DNA of 64,000 bases, from NCBI GenBank assembly GCA_902792515.1, contig CADAZX010000016.1, forward strand, positions 19,952-83,951, read 5' to 3'. Made by a program: the position numbers and the translations under genes. Every line of letters starts with the position of its first letter. Position 1 is the stretch's first letter. Positions 15,493-25,366 of this stretch are shown one piece after another. The notes under the pieces were generated by a model. The model searched no databases. It worked only from the letters and a program-made list of their open reading frames with translations, and had not been told where the DNA came from. The DNA is from an uncultured Ruminococcus sp. Lineage in GTDB: Bacteria > Bacillota > Clostridia > UBA1212.

Positions 15493-16620
15493 TCAGAAAG
15501 CTCTCTTCTTAAGAACAACCAGTGCAACCGCAACAGCTGCGATCACGAAGATCACGAGGGAAGCGTCGCCGGTGGTCGGAGGAGTCACAGGAGTGTCTCC
15601 GCCGGAAGCAGAGCCCTCAGCCGGGTTCGCAGCGAAGAATTCGCCTTCAACAACGTCGCCGACAACGATGAACGCGAAGGTTCCGTTGCCCTTGTTGCCT
15701 GCGTTGACCTGATACTCAATGTTCGGAACTTCAGCTTCAGCCGCATGGTCGAGAACCATGTAGGAGCCGTCGTTGGTGCCGTTGAGGTAGTCGCCGCCAA
15801 CGGATACTTTGAAGACGTAGGTGCCTGCCTCAGCCGGAGCGGAGAGATTCAGAACTGCGGGAGGATTGCCGTTGGTAACAGCAACAACCGTGGCGGTCTC
15901 AACCGGAGCCTTGGACATGGAAGTCTCAATGTTGGTGTCGAACTTGAAGAGCTCAAGGGTGTAGGTTACGGGAACTTCCTTGCTCATTTCGCTTGCCCAG
16001 AAGGTGGTGAGCTTAACCGTGGTGAAAGCGCCGGTGGTGGTGAACTTCGCAGCGGCATATTCGCCGGGCTGGTTCATCCAGATAGCGTTTCCGTCAATCG
16101 GGTTGTCGGTTCCGGCAACCGCGGTGTGCTCCTCAGTCGTGGGAGCCGAGCTTCCGCCGTCACCGACAACGAGGGTGAAGGTGTGGCCGACTTCGGTCTC
16201 ATTGTTCTCGTATCTTGCGCAGATCTCGATCGTGTATGTTCCGTCGGGAAGAGCGTCGATGCCGGTCAGTTCCATGAGATCATCATCTTTGCCGAATCCG
16301 GTGTGCGGTCCGCCGGGAACAACAGGCTCCTTGCCGTCCTTGTTGAAAGCGCCGGCAACGTCCGCTCTGTCGCGGTAATTGTCGGGAAGTGCTTTCTCAA
16401 CGCCGTCAAGGGTGTAGAACATCTCTTTGAGAGCGCTCTGCTCAGATCCGCAGTATGCCCAGCCGATAATGTAGAGCTTGTCTCCCGGGTTGATGTTGAT
16501 AGTGCTCTGGCTCTTAACGATTGAGTCGCCGACGGCGTCAAGGTTGACAACCGCAAACGCAGGAACCGCAAGTGCGATAGTGAACGCTACTGCCAGTACT
16601 ATTGCAAGTAACTTTTTCAT
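15493..16620 (-). CDS. Secreted protein with a sortase-type C-terminal sorting signal; function unknown.
   Basis: Start re-set to the ATG at 16620 (MKKLLAIVLAVAFTIALAVPAFA) with a GGAGGA RBS. The C-terminus is PPTTGDASLVIFVIAAVAVALVVLKKRAF. Confidence 0.7.
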   Translation of the reverse strand: MKKLLAIVLAVAFTIALAVPAFAVVNLDAVGDSIVKSQSTININPGDKLYIIGWAYCGSEQSALKEMFYTLDGVEKALPDNYRDRADVAGAFNKDGKEPVVPGGPHTGFGKDDDLMELTGIDALPDGTYTIEICARYENNETEVGHTFTLVVGDGGSSAPTTEEHTAVAGTDNPIDGNAIWMNQPGEYAAAKFTTTGAFTTVKLTTFWASEMSKEVPVTYTLELFKFDTNIETSMSKAPVETATVVAVTNGNPPAVLNLSAPAEAGTYVFKVSVGGDYLNGTNDGSYMVLDHAAEAEVPNIEYQVNAGNKGNGTFAFIVVGDVVEGEFFAANPAEGSASGGDTPVTPPTTGDASLVIFVIAAVAVALVVLKKRAF

Positions 16621-16849
16621 AATAGAAGGTCCTCCATTAGTTTTTTGGCGGCAATCCGCCTTTGATTCATTGATTATTACACATTCATTCACGCTTTTCA
16701 ACATGAAAAAGCAAAAGGGAAGAGCGCAAAACTCCTCCCTTAAATTCTGTCAGGTCTTCATTTCAGCTTCAAACATCGCTTTTCCCCGGGTCCTTCAAGG
16801 CCGCCAAATGACCTTAAACAAGGCAAAAACTTCTTTCAGCCCCTGAACG

Positions 16850-17818
16850 TCAGTTCTCCGCCGCTTCCGGCGTCTTTTCCGTCCTCACGGTGATCGTTTT
16901 CCCGTCGCTGTGCATGACCACGTCGCCGTGAACGTCGTTCCTGTAGAACTCCGCGCCGGTCTGCTCGAGGCGCTTGACGGTGCTCTTGTCCGGGTAGCCG
17001 AGCTTGTTTTCGGTGCCGACCTGCATGCAGATGTACTTCGGATTGACTGTGGAGAGGAACTTTTTGACGTTGCCGGCGGAGCTTCCGTGGTGGTCGGCTT
17101 TGAAAACGTCGGCCGTGAGGTCCTCGCCGGATTTCAGCAGCTGCGACTCGACCGTCGCCGAGATGTCTGCGCAGAGCAGGAACGTATTTTCGCCGTACGT
17201 GAACTTGATGCAGATCGAGCAGTTGTTGAGGTTGTTCGGGTCGTCCTTTAAGGGTCCGATGACCTTGAACGAGCCGCCGCCGAGAGTGTAGACCGCGCCG
17301 ACCTCTGGGTTGACGGTGTTGATCTTGCGCTCCTCGATGATCGAGAGAAGATTCTTGAACGGCTTCTCGGTGCAGCGCTGCTCGAGATTGATGAACATGG
17401 TCTCGAACGGGAACGCCTCAATGATCTCCGGCATTCCGCCGACGTGGTCCGCGTGGCCGTGGGTCACCATAATGTACTTCAGCTCCGTGACGCCCTGCGC
17501 CTTGATGTAGCTGACCATTTTCTCGCCCCTGCCGACGTTGCCCGAGTCGATGACCATCGCCTCGCCGTCGCAAACCAGAAGCATTCCGTCGCCGGTGCCG
17601 ATGTCGATAAAGTGCAGGTCGAAGCCCTTTTTGACCTCGGGTGTCGGCTCCTCCGTAGGTGCCTCAGTCGGGTTTTCGGCGGGAACTTCCGTTGGTGTGT
17701 CAGCCGGCGCCGCCGTGGTTTTTGGGTCGTCCGTGCCGCCGCCGTTTACGCACGCGGCAGCGCCGAACGCAAATAACGCCGCCAGCAGAAGGGCTATGAC
17801 CGGTTTCAAATATTTCAT
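16850..17818 (-). CDS. MBL-fold metallo-hydrolase lipoprotein.
   Basis: Lipobox in FGAAACVNGG. HGHADHVGG metal-binding motif. Pro/Thr/Glu linker. Confidence 0.8.
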   Translation of the reverse strand: MKYLKPVIALLLAALFAFGAAACVNGGGTDDPKTTAAPADTPTEVPAENPTEAPTEEPTPEVKKGFDLHFIDIGTGDGMLLVCDGEAMVIDSGNVGRGEKMVSYIKAQGVTELKYIMVTHGHADHVGGMPEIIEAFPFETMFINLEQRCTEKPFKNLLSIIEERKINTVNPEVGAVYTLGGGSFKVIGPLKDDPNNLNNCSICIKFTYGENTFLLCADISATVESQLLKSGEDLTADVFKADHHGSSAGNVKKFLSTVNPKYICMQVGTENKLGYPDKSTVKRLEQTGAEFYRNDVHGDVVMHSDGKTITVRTEKTPEAAEN

Positions 17819-17844
17819 GTGAGCCTCCGTTTTTGATTGGAAAA

Positions 17845-17873
17845 GGCAGGCCGCCGGCGAGCGGCGGCCTGCC
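17845..17873. terminator. Bidirectional intrinsic terminator.
   Basis: 12-bp stem GGCAGGCCGCCG-GCGAG-CGGCGGCCTGCC, flanked by AAAA on one side and TTTTTTT on the other. Confidence 0.75.
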
Positions 17874-17892
17874 CCCTTTTTTTAATTATTAA

Positions 17893-20343
17893 TTATTTCC
17901 CGATCACTGACGACCAGAACGTCTGGCCGTAAATGTCGGTGAACATGTAGACCGCGCTGGTGGTGCCGGAAACTCTGACGTCGCTGAGTTTAAGCTCACC
18001 GTCCACAACGAGCTGGTCGCCGAACATGTAGGAGTCGAGGAACTCGCCGTCGTAGCTGTAGTAGTCGCACAGGAAGTCGATTTTCGCTCCGTTTTCGATC
18101 TCGTCGATCTGCTTCGCCGCAGTTTCGGTCACGTTTTCGGCGTAGTCGAAGCTCACGCAGGAGATGATTCCGTTCGGGTTGGCGTTGTCGTAGACCGCAA
18201 TCAGGTCGGCTCGCTGGCCGTTGTAGAGGCACGGGATTCTGTAGGTCATCGTGTAGTTCTTGCCGTCGTCGACAGTGTTGACGTGGTAGAACGCTACAGG
18301 TCTGCCGTTGATCGCCGGCCACGTGCCGTCGTACTCGCCCACAAGGCCGCCTTTTTGGTTGACTGTGTACGCGTTGTCGACGCCCAGGTCGATGTAGCCG
18401 GTGCCGTCGTCAAGGAACACGTTGAGGCCGATCTCCTGAACCAGCGCCCACTTCGCGTCGCTGAGGTAGATAACGTCCTTGCCGTCGTCCTTTTTGAACA
18501 TGAAGTCTTTCGCGTCAAGGTGGTTCGCGCTGATGAACGAAGACGTCTTGCCGATGTCCAGCCCTTCAAGGAACGTTCCCGCGATGCCGCCGATGTCGAT
18601 TCCGGACGAGCCGCCCAGGAAGCTTGTGAGCAGCGAGGAAATTCCGCTCGAGGTGCCGTTGCTCGGTGATGAAACGCTGCCGAGCGTTCCGAGGAGTGAA
18701 GTGAGCGGCGAAACTGAGGAACCGCCGGAAACGACCTGACCGGACGTCTCGACCTGCGCGAACTGCTTGATGCAGGAGGAGTAAGCCGAGTCAACACCGA
18801 TCGCGTTGTACGTCTTGATTGCCGCGTCGACCTTGCCCGCGCTTCTGTACGGGAAGTAGATCGACAGTCCGTAGGAGTTGACCATGTCGGACGACGTGCG
18901 GTTGTACTTGACCGCGCTCAGAACGGTTTTCGCGAGCGCCTCGCCTTCCTTGGTGTTCATTCTGCCCGCGAGGTCAACGAGGTCGACCTGGTCGATCTTG
19001 TTCTTGGAGAACTCGCGCGTCCCGCTGCGTGCGTCGGAAACCTGCGTGTAGTTGTCGGAATTGAGGAGCGCCGTCGTGCTCTTCGCGAAGTCGGTCAGAC
19101 CGCCGGGAATGGTTGACTCAAGTTCGGCGAGGTCGACAACGGAGAGCGTCGTTTTCGCGTTCTTTATATACGTCGCGCAGAAATCCGTGAAATCGTCAAC
19201 GATATTCTTGCCGATCTCGACGGTCGGCATCGACGTGTTCTTGGAAAGGTTCGTGAGCCAGTTCGTGTAGTACCAGCCCGCGCCGGGTTCGGTCTCCTCG
19301 GAGGCGATCATGTAGTCCGCGTACTGGGTGAGCATTATCGCGTTCTCGGCAGTCGCCATCAGGCACGCGTCGAAGCCGACGAAATCAAACTTGACGCCGC
19401 CGTTTTTGAGCGCCGTGTTGATTCCCGCGAGCGACATCGAACCGGAGCTCGAAAATCTCTCGTCGTGGCCGTAGCCGCTGACCGATCCGCCGCCGTGATC
19501 CCAGAAAATGAGCATGTTGCGGTTCGCGGGGTAATTCGTCTTGCACCAGGTGATGAACTTCGAGAGCGTCGAGGGATCCGTCATCGACACGTTGCCCATG
19601 TTCTTTTCAAGAAGCTTGAGCGTTCCGTCCTCGACCTTGTAGATCTGGTTCGTCGAGTTGCTGATCGACGACGTCTGCCACGACTTGCAGCCGCCCGTGT
19701 AGATGAGGATGTTCACGTTGTCGGAAAGTGTCGCCTTGCGCATCTCCGCGATGTCCTTGGTGGCCATTCCGTACTGCGACTCGAGGTCGGTGCCGCACAT
19801 GTAGATCATGATCGTGACGACGTCCTTGTTGCCGCCCTTGATGGTCGTGTACTTGTCGCGCGCGCCGCTCGCCACGTTTTTATTGAGCGTGCCGGTGTTG
19901 GCCGTCCTTGTCCATCCGGAAGTAGTGCTCGACTGCGTGAAGCTCGTCAGCGCCGTTCCGGTTGGCACGTCGTCACCGCCGCCTCCTCCGCCGCCGAACA
20001 GCGACGAAAACAGTCCGTTTCCGGTGCATCCGAACAGCCTGAGCACAAGGAATATCACAAGTGCGAGCACGATCACGATAATTATCGTCTTGAGGCTCTT
20101 GCCGCCTCCGCCACCGCCCGAAAACAGGCTGCCGAGCAGGCCTGAAAGAATGCTTCCTCCCGTGCCTCTCGTTCCGCCGTCTTCACCGCCTGCGCCTCTT
20201 CCGGATTTGCCCGTTCCCGGCCTTCCGGAGTAGCCGCCCTGGTTTCCGACAGGACCGGTTCCGCGGCCTTCACCGCGTCTTCCGACTTCCTGCCCGTCGC
20301 CGGTCACGTTTCTGTTTCTTCTTCTTGGCGTATTGTCTGCCAT
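17893..20343 (-). CDS. Clostripain-family (peptidase C11) cysteine protease with a Gly/Arg-rich N-terminal tail and a TM anchor.
   Basis: The His/Cys dyad context is LIFWDHGGG and FVGFDACLMAT. TM helix IIIVIVLALVIFLVLRLF. Confidence 0.8.
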   Translation of the reverse strand: MADNTPRRRNRNVTGDGQEVGRRGEGRGTGPVGNQGGYSGRPGTGKSGRGAGGEDGGTRGTGGSILSGLLGSLFSGGGGGGKSLKTIIIVIVLALVIFLVLRLFGCTGNGLFSSLFGGGGGGGDDVPTGTALTSFTQSSTTSGWTRTANTGTLNKNVASGARDKYTTIKGGNKDVVTIMIYMCGTDLESQYGMATKDIAEMRKATLSDNVNILIYTGGCKSWQTSSISNSTNQIYKVEDGTLKLLEKNMGNVSMTDPSTLSKFITWCKTNYPANRNMLIFWDHGGGSVSGYGHDERFSSSGSMSLAGINTALKNGGVKFDFVGFDACLMATAENAIMLTQYADYMIASEETEPGAGWYYTNWLTNLSKNTSMPTVEIGKNIVDDFTDFCATYIKNAKTTLSVVDLAELESTIPGGLTDFAKSTTALLNSDNYTQVSDARSGTREFSKNKIDQVDLVDLAGRMNTKEGEALAKTVLSAVKYNRTSSDMVNSYGLSIYFPYRSAGKVDAAIKTYNAIGVDSAYSSCIKQFAQVETSGQVVSGGSSVSPLTSLLGTLGSVSSPSNGTSSGISSLLTSFLGGSSGIDIGGIAGTFLEGLDIGKTSSFISANHLDAKDFMFKKDDGKDVIYLSDAKWALVQEIGLNVFLDDGTGYIDLGVDNAYTVNQKGGLVGEYDGTWPAINGRPVAFYHVNTVDDGKNYTMTYRIPCLYNGQRADLIAVYDNANPNGIISCVSFDYAENVTETAAKQIDEIENGAKIDFLCDYYSYDGEFLDSYMFGDQLVVDGELKLSDVRVSGTTSAVYMFTDIYGQTFWSSVIGK

Positions 20344-20463
20344 TTTGAATGCTCCTTAAACTGTAAAGTCTTTAGTTTCTCCGGTATTTGCCGGGATCTG
20401 CGTCCTTGCTGCCGGATTTGCGCCATTATTTGCGCCATTTTATGCGTCCGTTTGTCCGTGAAG

Positions 20464-21399
20464 TTACTCCGCCGGCGTCTTGGGCGTGATCGTTCCGAGC
20501 GCCTTCGCGTTGCTCGCAAGCTCCTTTTCACTCAGAACTCTGTCGTAAAAACGGATGCCCGTTATCGTCGCGTCGTAGGATTTTTCCTCGCTGGGATGGC
20601 CGATGAACATGTGTCCCGCTATGTCCGTGCTCGAAGCCGCGTCTCTTGAGTCGATGAACTCGCCGTTCAGGTAGAGCTCGATCTCGCCGTCCGCCTCAAA
20701 CGTTACCGCGATCGTGGACGTTGCGCAAAGCTCGGCGGCGTCGCCCACCATGTTCGGTCTGGAACCGATTCCGTTGTTGCACTTGAACTCAAGCGCGTCG
20801 TCGGAAACGCGGATGAAAAGCGCGAAGTTGTCGTTGCCCGAGCTGTTCAGGAACGTCGCGTAGTTGCTTCCGGTGATTACCAGGTCCTTCATCGCGAACT
20901 CAACCGTGTAGGCCTCGCCGTTGATGAGCTCGGCAATCCTGTCGGGAAGATTGATTCTGCGCATCGAGACGAAAAGGCCGTCGTCACGCCACTCGCAGTA
21001 ATCGGAAAGCTTGAGCTCAATGTCGAGGCCGTTGCCGCTCAGGTCGCCCCAAACCGCGGACGTCTTGTCCATGCCGTTGGCGGTGTTGTAGTTGCCCTCG
21101 TAAAGAGCAACCAGACCGTCGGTGACGTATGGAATGTTGAGGTTCATGTTCTCGATCGGGGAAGGCGTCTTGTCGGGGTCCTCTGTGGGCGCTTCCGTGG
21201 GCTCCTCGGTGGGAACTTCCGTCGGCTCTTCTGTCGGAACCTCTGTGGGCGCTTCGGTGGGCTGCTCGGTGGGAGCTTCCGTTACCGTTGCCGGCGCCTC
21301 CGTGGGCGCGGGTTTCTGATCGTCAGGCTTCGCGCACGCCGCGAAAACGGCCGTCACGCATATCGCCAGAATTATCGCAATTATATATTTGGTTTTCAT
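20464..21399 (-). CDS. LamG/concanavalin-like lipoprotein with an (EAPTE)n linker.
   Basis: Start at 21399 (MKTKYIIAIILAICVTAVFAAC lipobox), with GGAGG 9 nt upstream. The C-terminal ITGIRFYDRVLSEKEL is typical of LamG-type domains. Confidence 0.6.
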   Translation of the reverse strand: MKTKYIIAIILAICVTAVFAACAKPDDQKPAPTEAPATVTEAPTEQPTEAPTEVPTEEPTEVPTEEPTEAPTEDPDKTPSPIENMNLNIPYVTDGLVALYEGNYNTANGMDKTSAVWGDLSGNGLDIELKLSDYCEWRDDGLFVSMRRINLPDRIAELINGEAYTVEFAMKDLVITGSNYATFLNSSGNDNFALFIRVSDDALEFKCNNGIGSRPNMVGDAAELCATSTIAVTFEADGEIELYLNGEFIDSRDAASSTDIAGHMFIGHPSEEKSYDATITGIRFYDRVLSEKELASNAKALGTITPKTPAE

Positions 21400-21464
21400 T
21401 ACAAACATCCTCCTGTTTGCGTGTACTTTATTTTATTTTACACCCGCGCACGCGACGTGTCAAT

Positions 21465-22130
21465 GCCGCACTTTGCATCGCGCCCCTCACTTGACTGGGC
21501 AAAGCCCAGAATCGTTCGAACCGCAACATAAAGCTGCGGCGGCTCTAGATAAGGAAGGGTTGATGCACTTTGCATCGCGCCCCTCACTTGACGACGCACT
21601 TTATGTTGCGTCTCTCACTTGACTGGGCAAAGCCCAGAATCGTTCGAACCGCAACATAAAGCTGCGGCGGCTCGAAATAAGGAAGCATTGCTGCAATTTA
21701 TATTGCACCGCTCACTTGACCGCTTCGCGGTTGCGCCGCAGGCACCTTATTATTCCGTAAAAGCCTGTGTGTTTCGCACGAAGGCGACTTTTAGCAGCCG
21801 CACTTTAAGTTGCGTCCTTCACTTGACCGCTTCGCGGAATCGTTCATGCCGCCAACATAAAGCTGCGGCGTCGTTGAATTAGAGACACACAGGTTTTATC
21901 GTTCACGTCGCAATATCAAGCTGCGTCGGCTCTTCCACAAGGTTGATATTTCTCGCGGCAATCGCCTTCGGCACCGCAGCATTTCTCCAAATCCCGTATG
22001 TCGTACGAAGGAACGATTCTGTGCTTTGCACAGTCAAGTGACGCCGCACGACATACGGGATTTTTCGTTCGAACCGCAACATAAAGCTGCGGCGGCTCTT
22101 CCACAAGGTTGATATTGCTCGCGGAATCGT
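21465..22130. repeat. Nest of palindromic and dispersed repeats in a divergent intergenic region.
   Basis: Identical 59-nt copies lie at 21487-21545 and 21615-21673 (128-nt period). At least 9 copies of the hairpin motif CGCAACATAAAG(C)TGCG occur in both orientations. A 13-bp inverted repeat spans 21992-22004 and 22048-22060. Confidence 0.8.
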
Positions 22131-22194
22131 TAAATTTCCGCCCCCACGTTTTTGACTCAGGCCCCGTTTGTGCACTGTTCCCGCTTTATCTCCG

Positions 22195-22223
22195 TTGACA
22201 AAACCCTTCCAAATTGCGATAAT
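22195..22223 (+). promoter_or_regulatory. Promoter TTGACA-17-GATAAT.
   Basis: -35 at 22195-22200 and -10 at 22218-22223, just upstream of the AGGAGA RBS and TTG start at 22248. Confidence 0.55.
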
Positions 22224-22247
22224 ATCCGCGAAAGGAGAGCGGGACCT

Positions 22248-24101
22248 TTGAACAGTTTGAACAATTCGAAAAGTGCGCGAAATAAGCGGCTGCGGCGCGT
22301 TTCCGCCGTAAAACGTATTCTACCGGCGCTTCTGGCGGCGGTGCTTGTTATTGGTGTGTGCGCGTGCGCGCGAACGGGTCCCGACGGTGGTAATATGGGC
22401 GAAAAAGCTACGAAATTCAAGTCCGTAAAGGTCGCGGGGAATGACATTTCCGCGTTTACGGTCGTTTGCGACGCATCCTCCGGCTCGACCGCTGAACGAG
22501 CGGCGGCGGACCTTGTAAAATATATCAAGCAGACGGCAGGCGTCGAGCTGCCTCTTCAGGTCTGCGACGGAAGCGTTCCGGAAGCCCTTTCGGGAAAGGA
22601 TTCGCGTGTTATCTGCGTAGGAAAGACTCCCTTTGACACCGAAAAGTCACTGGCGGCCGTAAAAGACCTTAAAAACAACGGCTACGCGATCGTTGCCGAC
22701 GGCGGGAATCTGTTTCTGACGGGTGCGACGCCGACCGGCGCGATGTACGCGGTCTACTCTTTTTTGGAGGATTTCGTCGGCTGGCGCTTCTACTCTTCAA
22801 CGTTCGAGCTCCTGAAGGACAGGTCGCCGCTAGACGTCCCCGAGGGGTTCACGAAAACGTTTTCGCCCAAGCTGTTCAGCCGCGACACGTTCTGGTTCGA
22901 CACGTTCGACGAGACCTTCGCCGCGAAGCTCAAGCTGAACGGCTGCGTCAACCGCGATAACAACAACTACGGCGAAATGGTGCGCTACGCCGGCCGCTTC
23001 GTGCACTCACTTCCCGCGCTTGCAGGGACGAGTTACGAGCCCGACGTCCAGCCCTGCCTGACCGACCCCGCCGTCTACGAAAAGGTTCTCGAAGGCGTAC
23101 GTTCCTGGCTCCGCGACAACCCCGGTGCGAAAATCGTGTCCGTTTCCCAGAACGACTCCTACGCCGACGGACGCGGTTGCCAGTGCGAAAATTGCCGAAA
23201 ACTAGACGAAGAAGAGGGCACGCCGATGGGTTCGCTGCTCACCTTCGTCAACCGGATCGCCGGCGACATCAAGGACGAGTTCCCGGACGTCATGGTCGAC
23301 ACGCTCGCCTACCGCTACACGCGCAAGGCCCCGAAGCACCTGAAGCCGGCCGACAACGTCATCATCCGCCTCTGCTCGATCGAGTGCTGCTTCTCGCACC
23401 CCTTAAGCTACGGCTGCGAGCGCAACCGCGAATTTGCCGCGGACCTTGAGGCATGGTCGAAAATCTGCAAAAACCTTTTCATCTGGGACTACACGACCGA
23501 CTTTTTGTACTACGTGAACCCGTTCCCGAACCTCTCGGTGCTCTACGACGACATCCGCTTTTACGTCGCCCACAACGCGATCGGCCTTTTCGAGCAGGGC
23601 AACGGCCAGTCACTTTCCGGCGAGTTCGGCGAGCTCCGCGCCTACCTGATCGCGCATCTTGAATGGAATCCCGACATGACGCGCGAGGAGTACTTCGCGC
23701 TGATGGACGACTTCCTCGAGGGCTACTACGGTGCCGGCTGGAAGCACATCCGCCGCTACATCGACCTCACGACTTCGCTTGCCGAGCGCGGCCATATGGG
23801 CATCTACTACAGCGTCGACAAGATTCTGGGAATCGAAGGCGAAAAGGGGAAGGAGCTGCTCCTCCGCCTGCAGGAGCTCTGGACCGCGGCCTACAACGAG
23901 GCCGACGAGCTTCACCGCCCGAACGTCGAACGTTCCTCTCTCCAGGTCGAATACGCCCTCGTTGCCGCCTGCGAGTGGCAGTTCCCCGAGTCCCTTGACA
24001 GGCTCGAGGCTCTCCACAAACACATGCGCGACCTGGGAATTACGTTCTACCGCGAGGGCGCGCCGCTGCCTGAGAAGGCGGATTACTGGAGCGCGAAATA
24101 A
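22248..24101 (+). CDS. DUF4838-like putative glycoside hydrolase lipoprotein.
   Basis: Start re-set to the TTG at 22248, downstream of the promoter and RBS. Lipobox in VLVIGVCAC. AMYAVYSFLEDFVGWRFYS and the GCQCENCRKLDEEEGTPMGSLLTFVNRIA Cys motif resemble DUF4838 proteins as I remember them. Confidence 0.5.
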   Translation: MNSLNNSKSARNKRLRRVSAVKRILPALLAAVLVIGVCACARTGPDGGNMGEKATKFKSVKVAGNDISAFTVVCDASSGSTAERAAADLVKYIKQTAGVELPLQVCDGSVPEALSGKDSRVICVGKTPFDTEKSLAAVKDLKNNGYAIVADGGNLFLTGATPTGAMYAVYSFLEDFVGWRFYSSTFELLKDRSPLDVPEGFTKTFSPKLFSRDTFWFDTFDETFAAKLKLNGCVNRDNNNYGEMVRYAGRFVHSLPALAGTSYEPDVQPCLTDPAVYEKVLEGVRSWLRDNPGAKIVSVSQNDSYADGRGCQCENCRKLDEEEGTPMGSLLTFVNRIAGDIKDEFPDVMVDTLAYRYTRKAPKHLKPADNVIIRLCSIECCFSHPLSYGCERNREFAADLEAWSKICKNLFIWDYTTDFLYYVNPFPNLSVLYDDIRFYVAHNAIGLFEQGNGQSLSGEFGELRAYLIAHLEWNPDMTREEYFALMDDFLEGYYGAGWKHIRRYIDLTTSLAERGHMGIYYSVDKILGIEGEKGKELLLRLQELWTAAYNEADELHRPNVERSSLQVEYALVAACEWQFPESLDRLEALHKHMRDLGITFYREGAPLPEKADYWSAK

Positions 24102-24203
24102 GGTTTTTCGCCCTTAATTATGCGTTTCTCCTTATTTTTGCGTTTCCCGCTCAAAATTTGTCGCGCTTTTCGCTCACAAAAAACACTTTGAAAGGACTTT
24201 CCC

Positions 24204-25256
24204 ATGAACACGAACGGTTTAAAATCATTTGACGAAAACTACTGCATCGAAACATTCAAAAAGCTTCTCGCGGCCGACAGCACGACCGGCATGTACGAGG
24301 AAATTCAGGAGGTCCTGTGCGGGATTCTCGACGACCTCGGGTTCCCGTACTTTCTGACGCACAAAGGCGGCGTGATCGCGGATCTCGGCGGCGAAGGGAA
24401 CACGCTCTGCGTCACGGCTCACCTCGACGACATCGGCCTGATGGTGCGGCACGTCAACTCCGACGGCACCCTTAACGTATGCCCCGTCGGCGGCCTCTAC
24501 CCGTTTTATTGCGTCTCGGAAAACGTCCGGATCCACACCCGCGACGGCCGCATTTTCACCGGCGCAGTATGCAGAACGCCGAACTCGATTCACGTCACCG
24601 AGGAGGAGCTCCGCGACACTCCGCCCGATTTCCGGGAAAACGTCTGCGTTGTCCTTGACGAAAACGTCCGCTCCGACGAAGAGACGCGTGCGCTCGGAAT
24701 CGACACCGGCGACATGATCGCGCTCTACCCGCGTTTTGAGATGTCGGGCGGCTACCTGAAGTCGCGCTTTGTCGACGACAAGGCCTGCGCGGCGGTGCTT
24801 TTGACCGTCATGAAGGCCATGAAGGACGAAAAAACCGTTCCCGGCCGCAAAATTCTGGCGTATTTCGCGTTTTACGAGGAGATCGGCCACGGAACCGTCT
24901 GGCTTCCCGAAGGCGTGAAGGACATTCTGGCCGTGGACATCGCCCCTGTCGGCCCCGAACAGAATTCGGACGAACACAAGGTGTCTATCTTCGCGAAGGA
25001 CTCGCGCTACCCCTACCACTGGGCCTTCACGAACGAGCTGCGTTCCGCCGCCATTCAAGCAGGCGTCGATTTTGTCACCGATATTTTCACGCCGCACTAC
25101 GGAACAGACGGCGACGCCTCTGTGGCTGCCGGCTACGACATCCGCCACGCCGCAATCGGCCCCGGCACGCTCAGCAGCCACGGCTACGAACGGACGCACA
25201 TCGACGGGCTCAGGAACACCTACCTGCTGCTCAAGGCGTTTTTTGAGCGGCAATAA
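24204..25256 (+). CDS. M42-family metallo-aminopeptidase (glutamyl aminopeptidase / CelM-like).
   Basis: VTAHLDDIGLMV resembles the HMDEIG motif. 350 aa, typical family size. Confidence 0.7.
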   Translation: MNTNGLKSFDENYCIETFKKLLAADSTTGMYEEIQEVLCGILDDLGFPYFLTHKGGVIADLGGEGNTLCVTAHLDDIGLMVRHVNSDGTLNVCPVGGLYPFYCVSENVRIHTRDGRIFTGAVCRTPNSIHVTEEELRDTPPDFRENVCVVLDENVRSDEETRALGIDTGDMIALYPRFEMSGGYLKSRFVDDKACAAVLLTVMKAMKDEKTVPGRKILAYFAFYEEIGHGTVWLPEGVKDILAVDIAPVGPEQNSDEHKVSIFAKDSRYPYHWAFTNELRSAAIQAGVDFVTDIFTPHYGTDGDASVAAGYDIRHAAIGPGTLSSHGYERTHIDGLRNTYLLLKAFFERQ

Positions 25257-25366
25257 GGTTTATTCAATAAGGTTTTTAGCCTAATAATAGGTAAAAAAGT
25301 GGTCTGTTTCTCCCCCTAGGTTTTTGTGGGGGGAGAAGCAGGCCGCCATATTATTCCGCGACGCGG

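Noticed and set aside
21465-22130. Possibility that the repeat nest is a CRISPR array or encodes the small ORFs 21389..21622, 21619..21882 and 21903..22175.
   Set aside because: Repeat spacing is irregular (30, 96 and 108 nt) and the motifs occur in both orientations. The ORFs have no RBS and are made of repeat sequence.
25281-25366. Hairpin TCTCCCCC-N12-GGGGGAGA between the M42 peptidase gene and pyk, considered as a terminator.
   Set aside because: There is no adjacent U-tract on the plus strand, and only a distant one on the minus strand. That is too weak to call.
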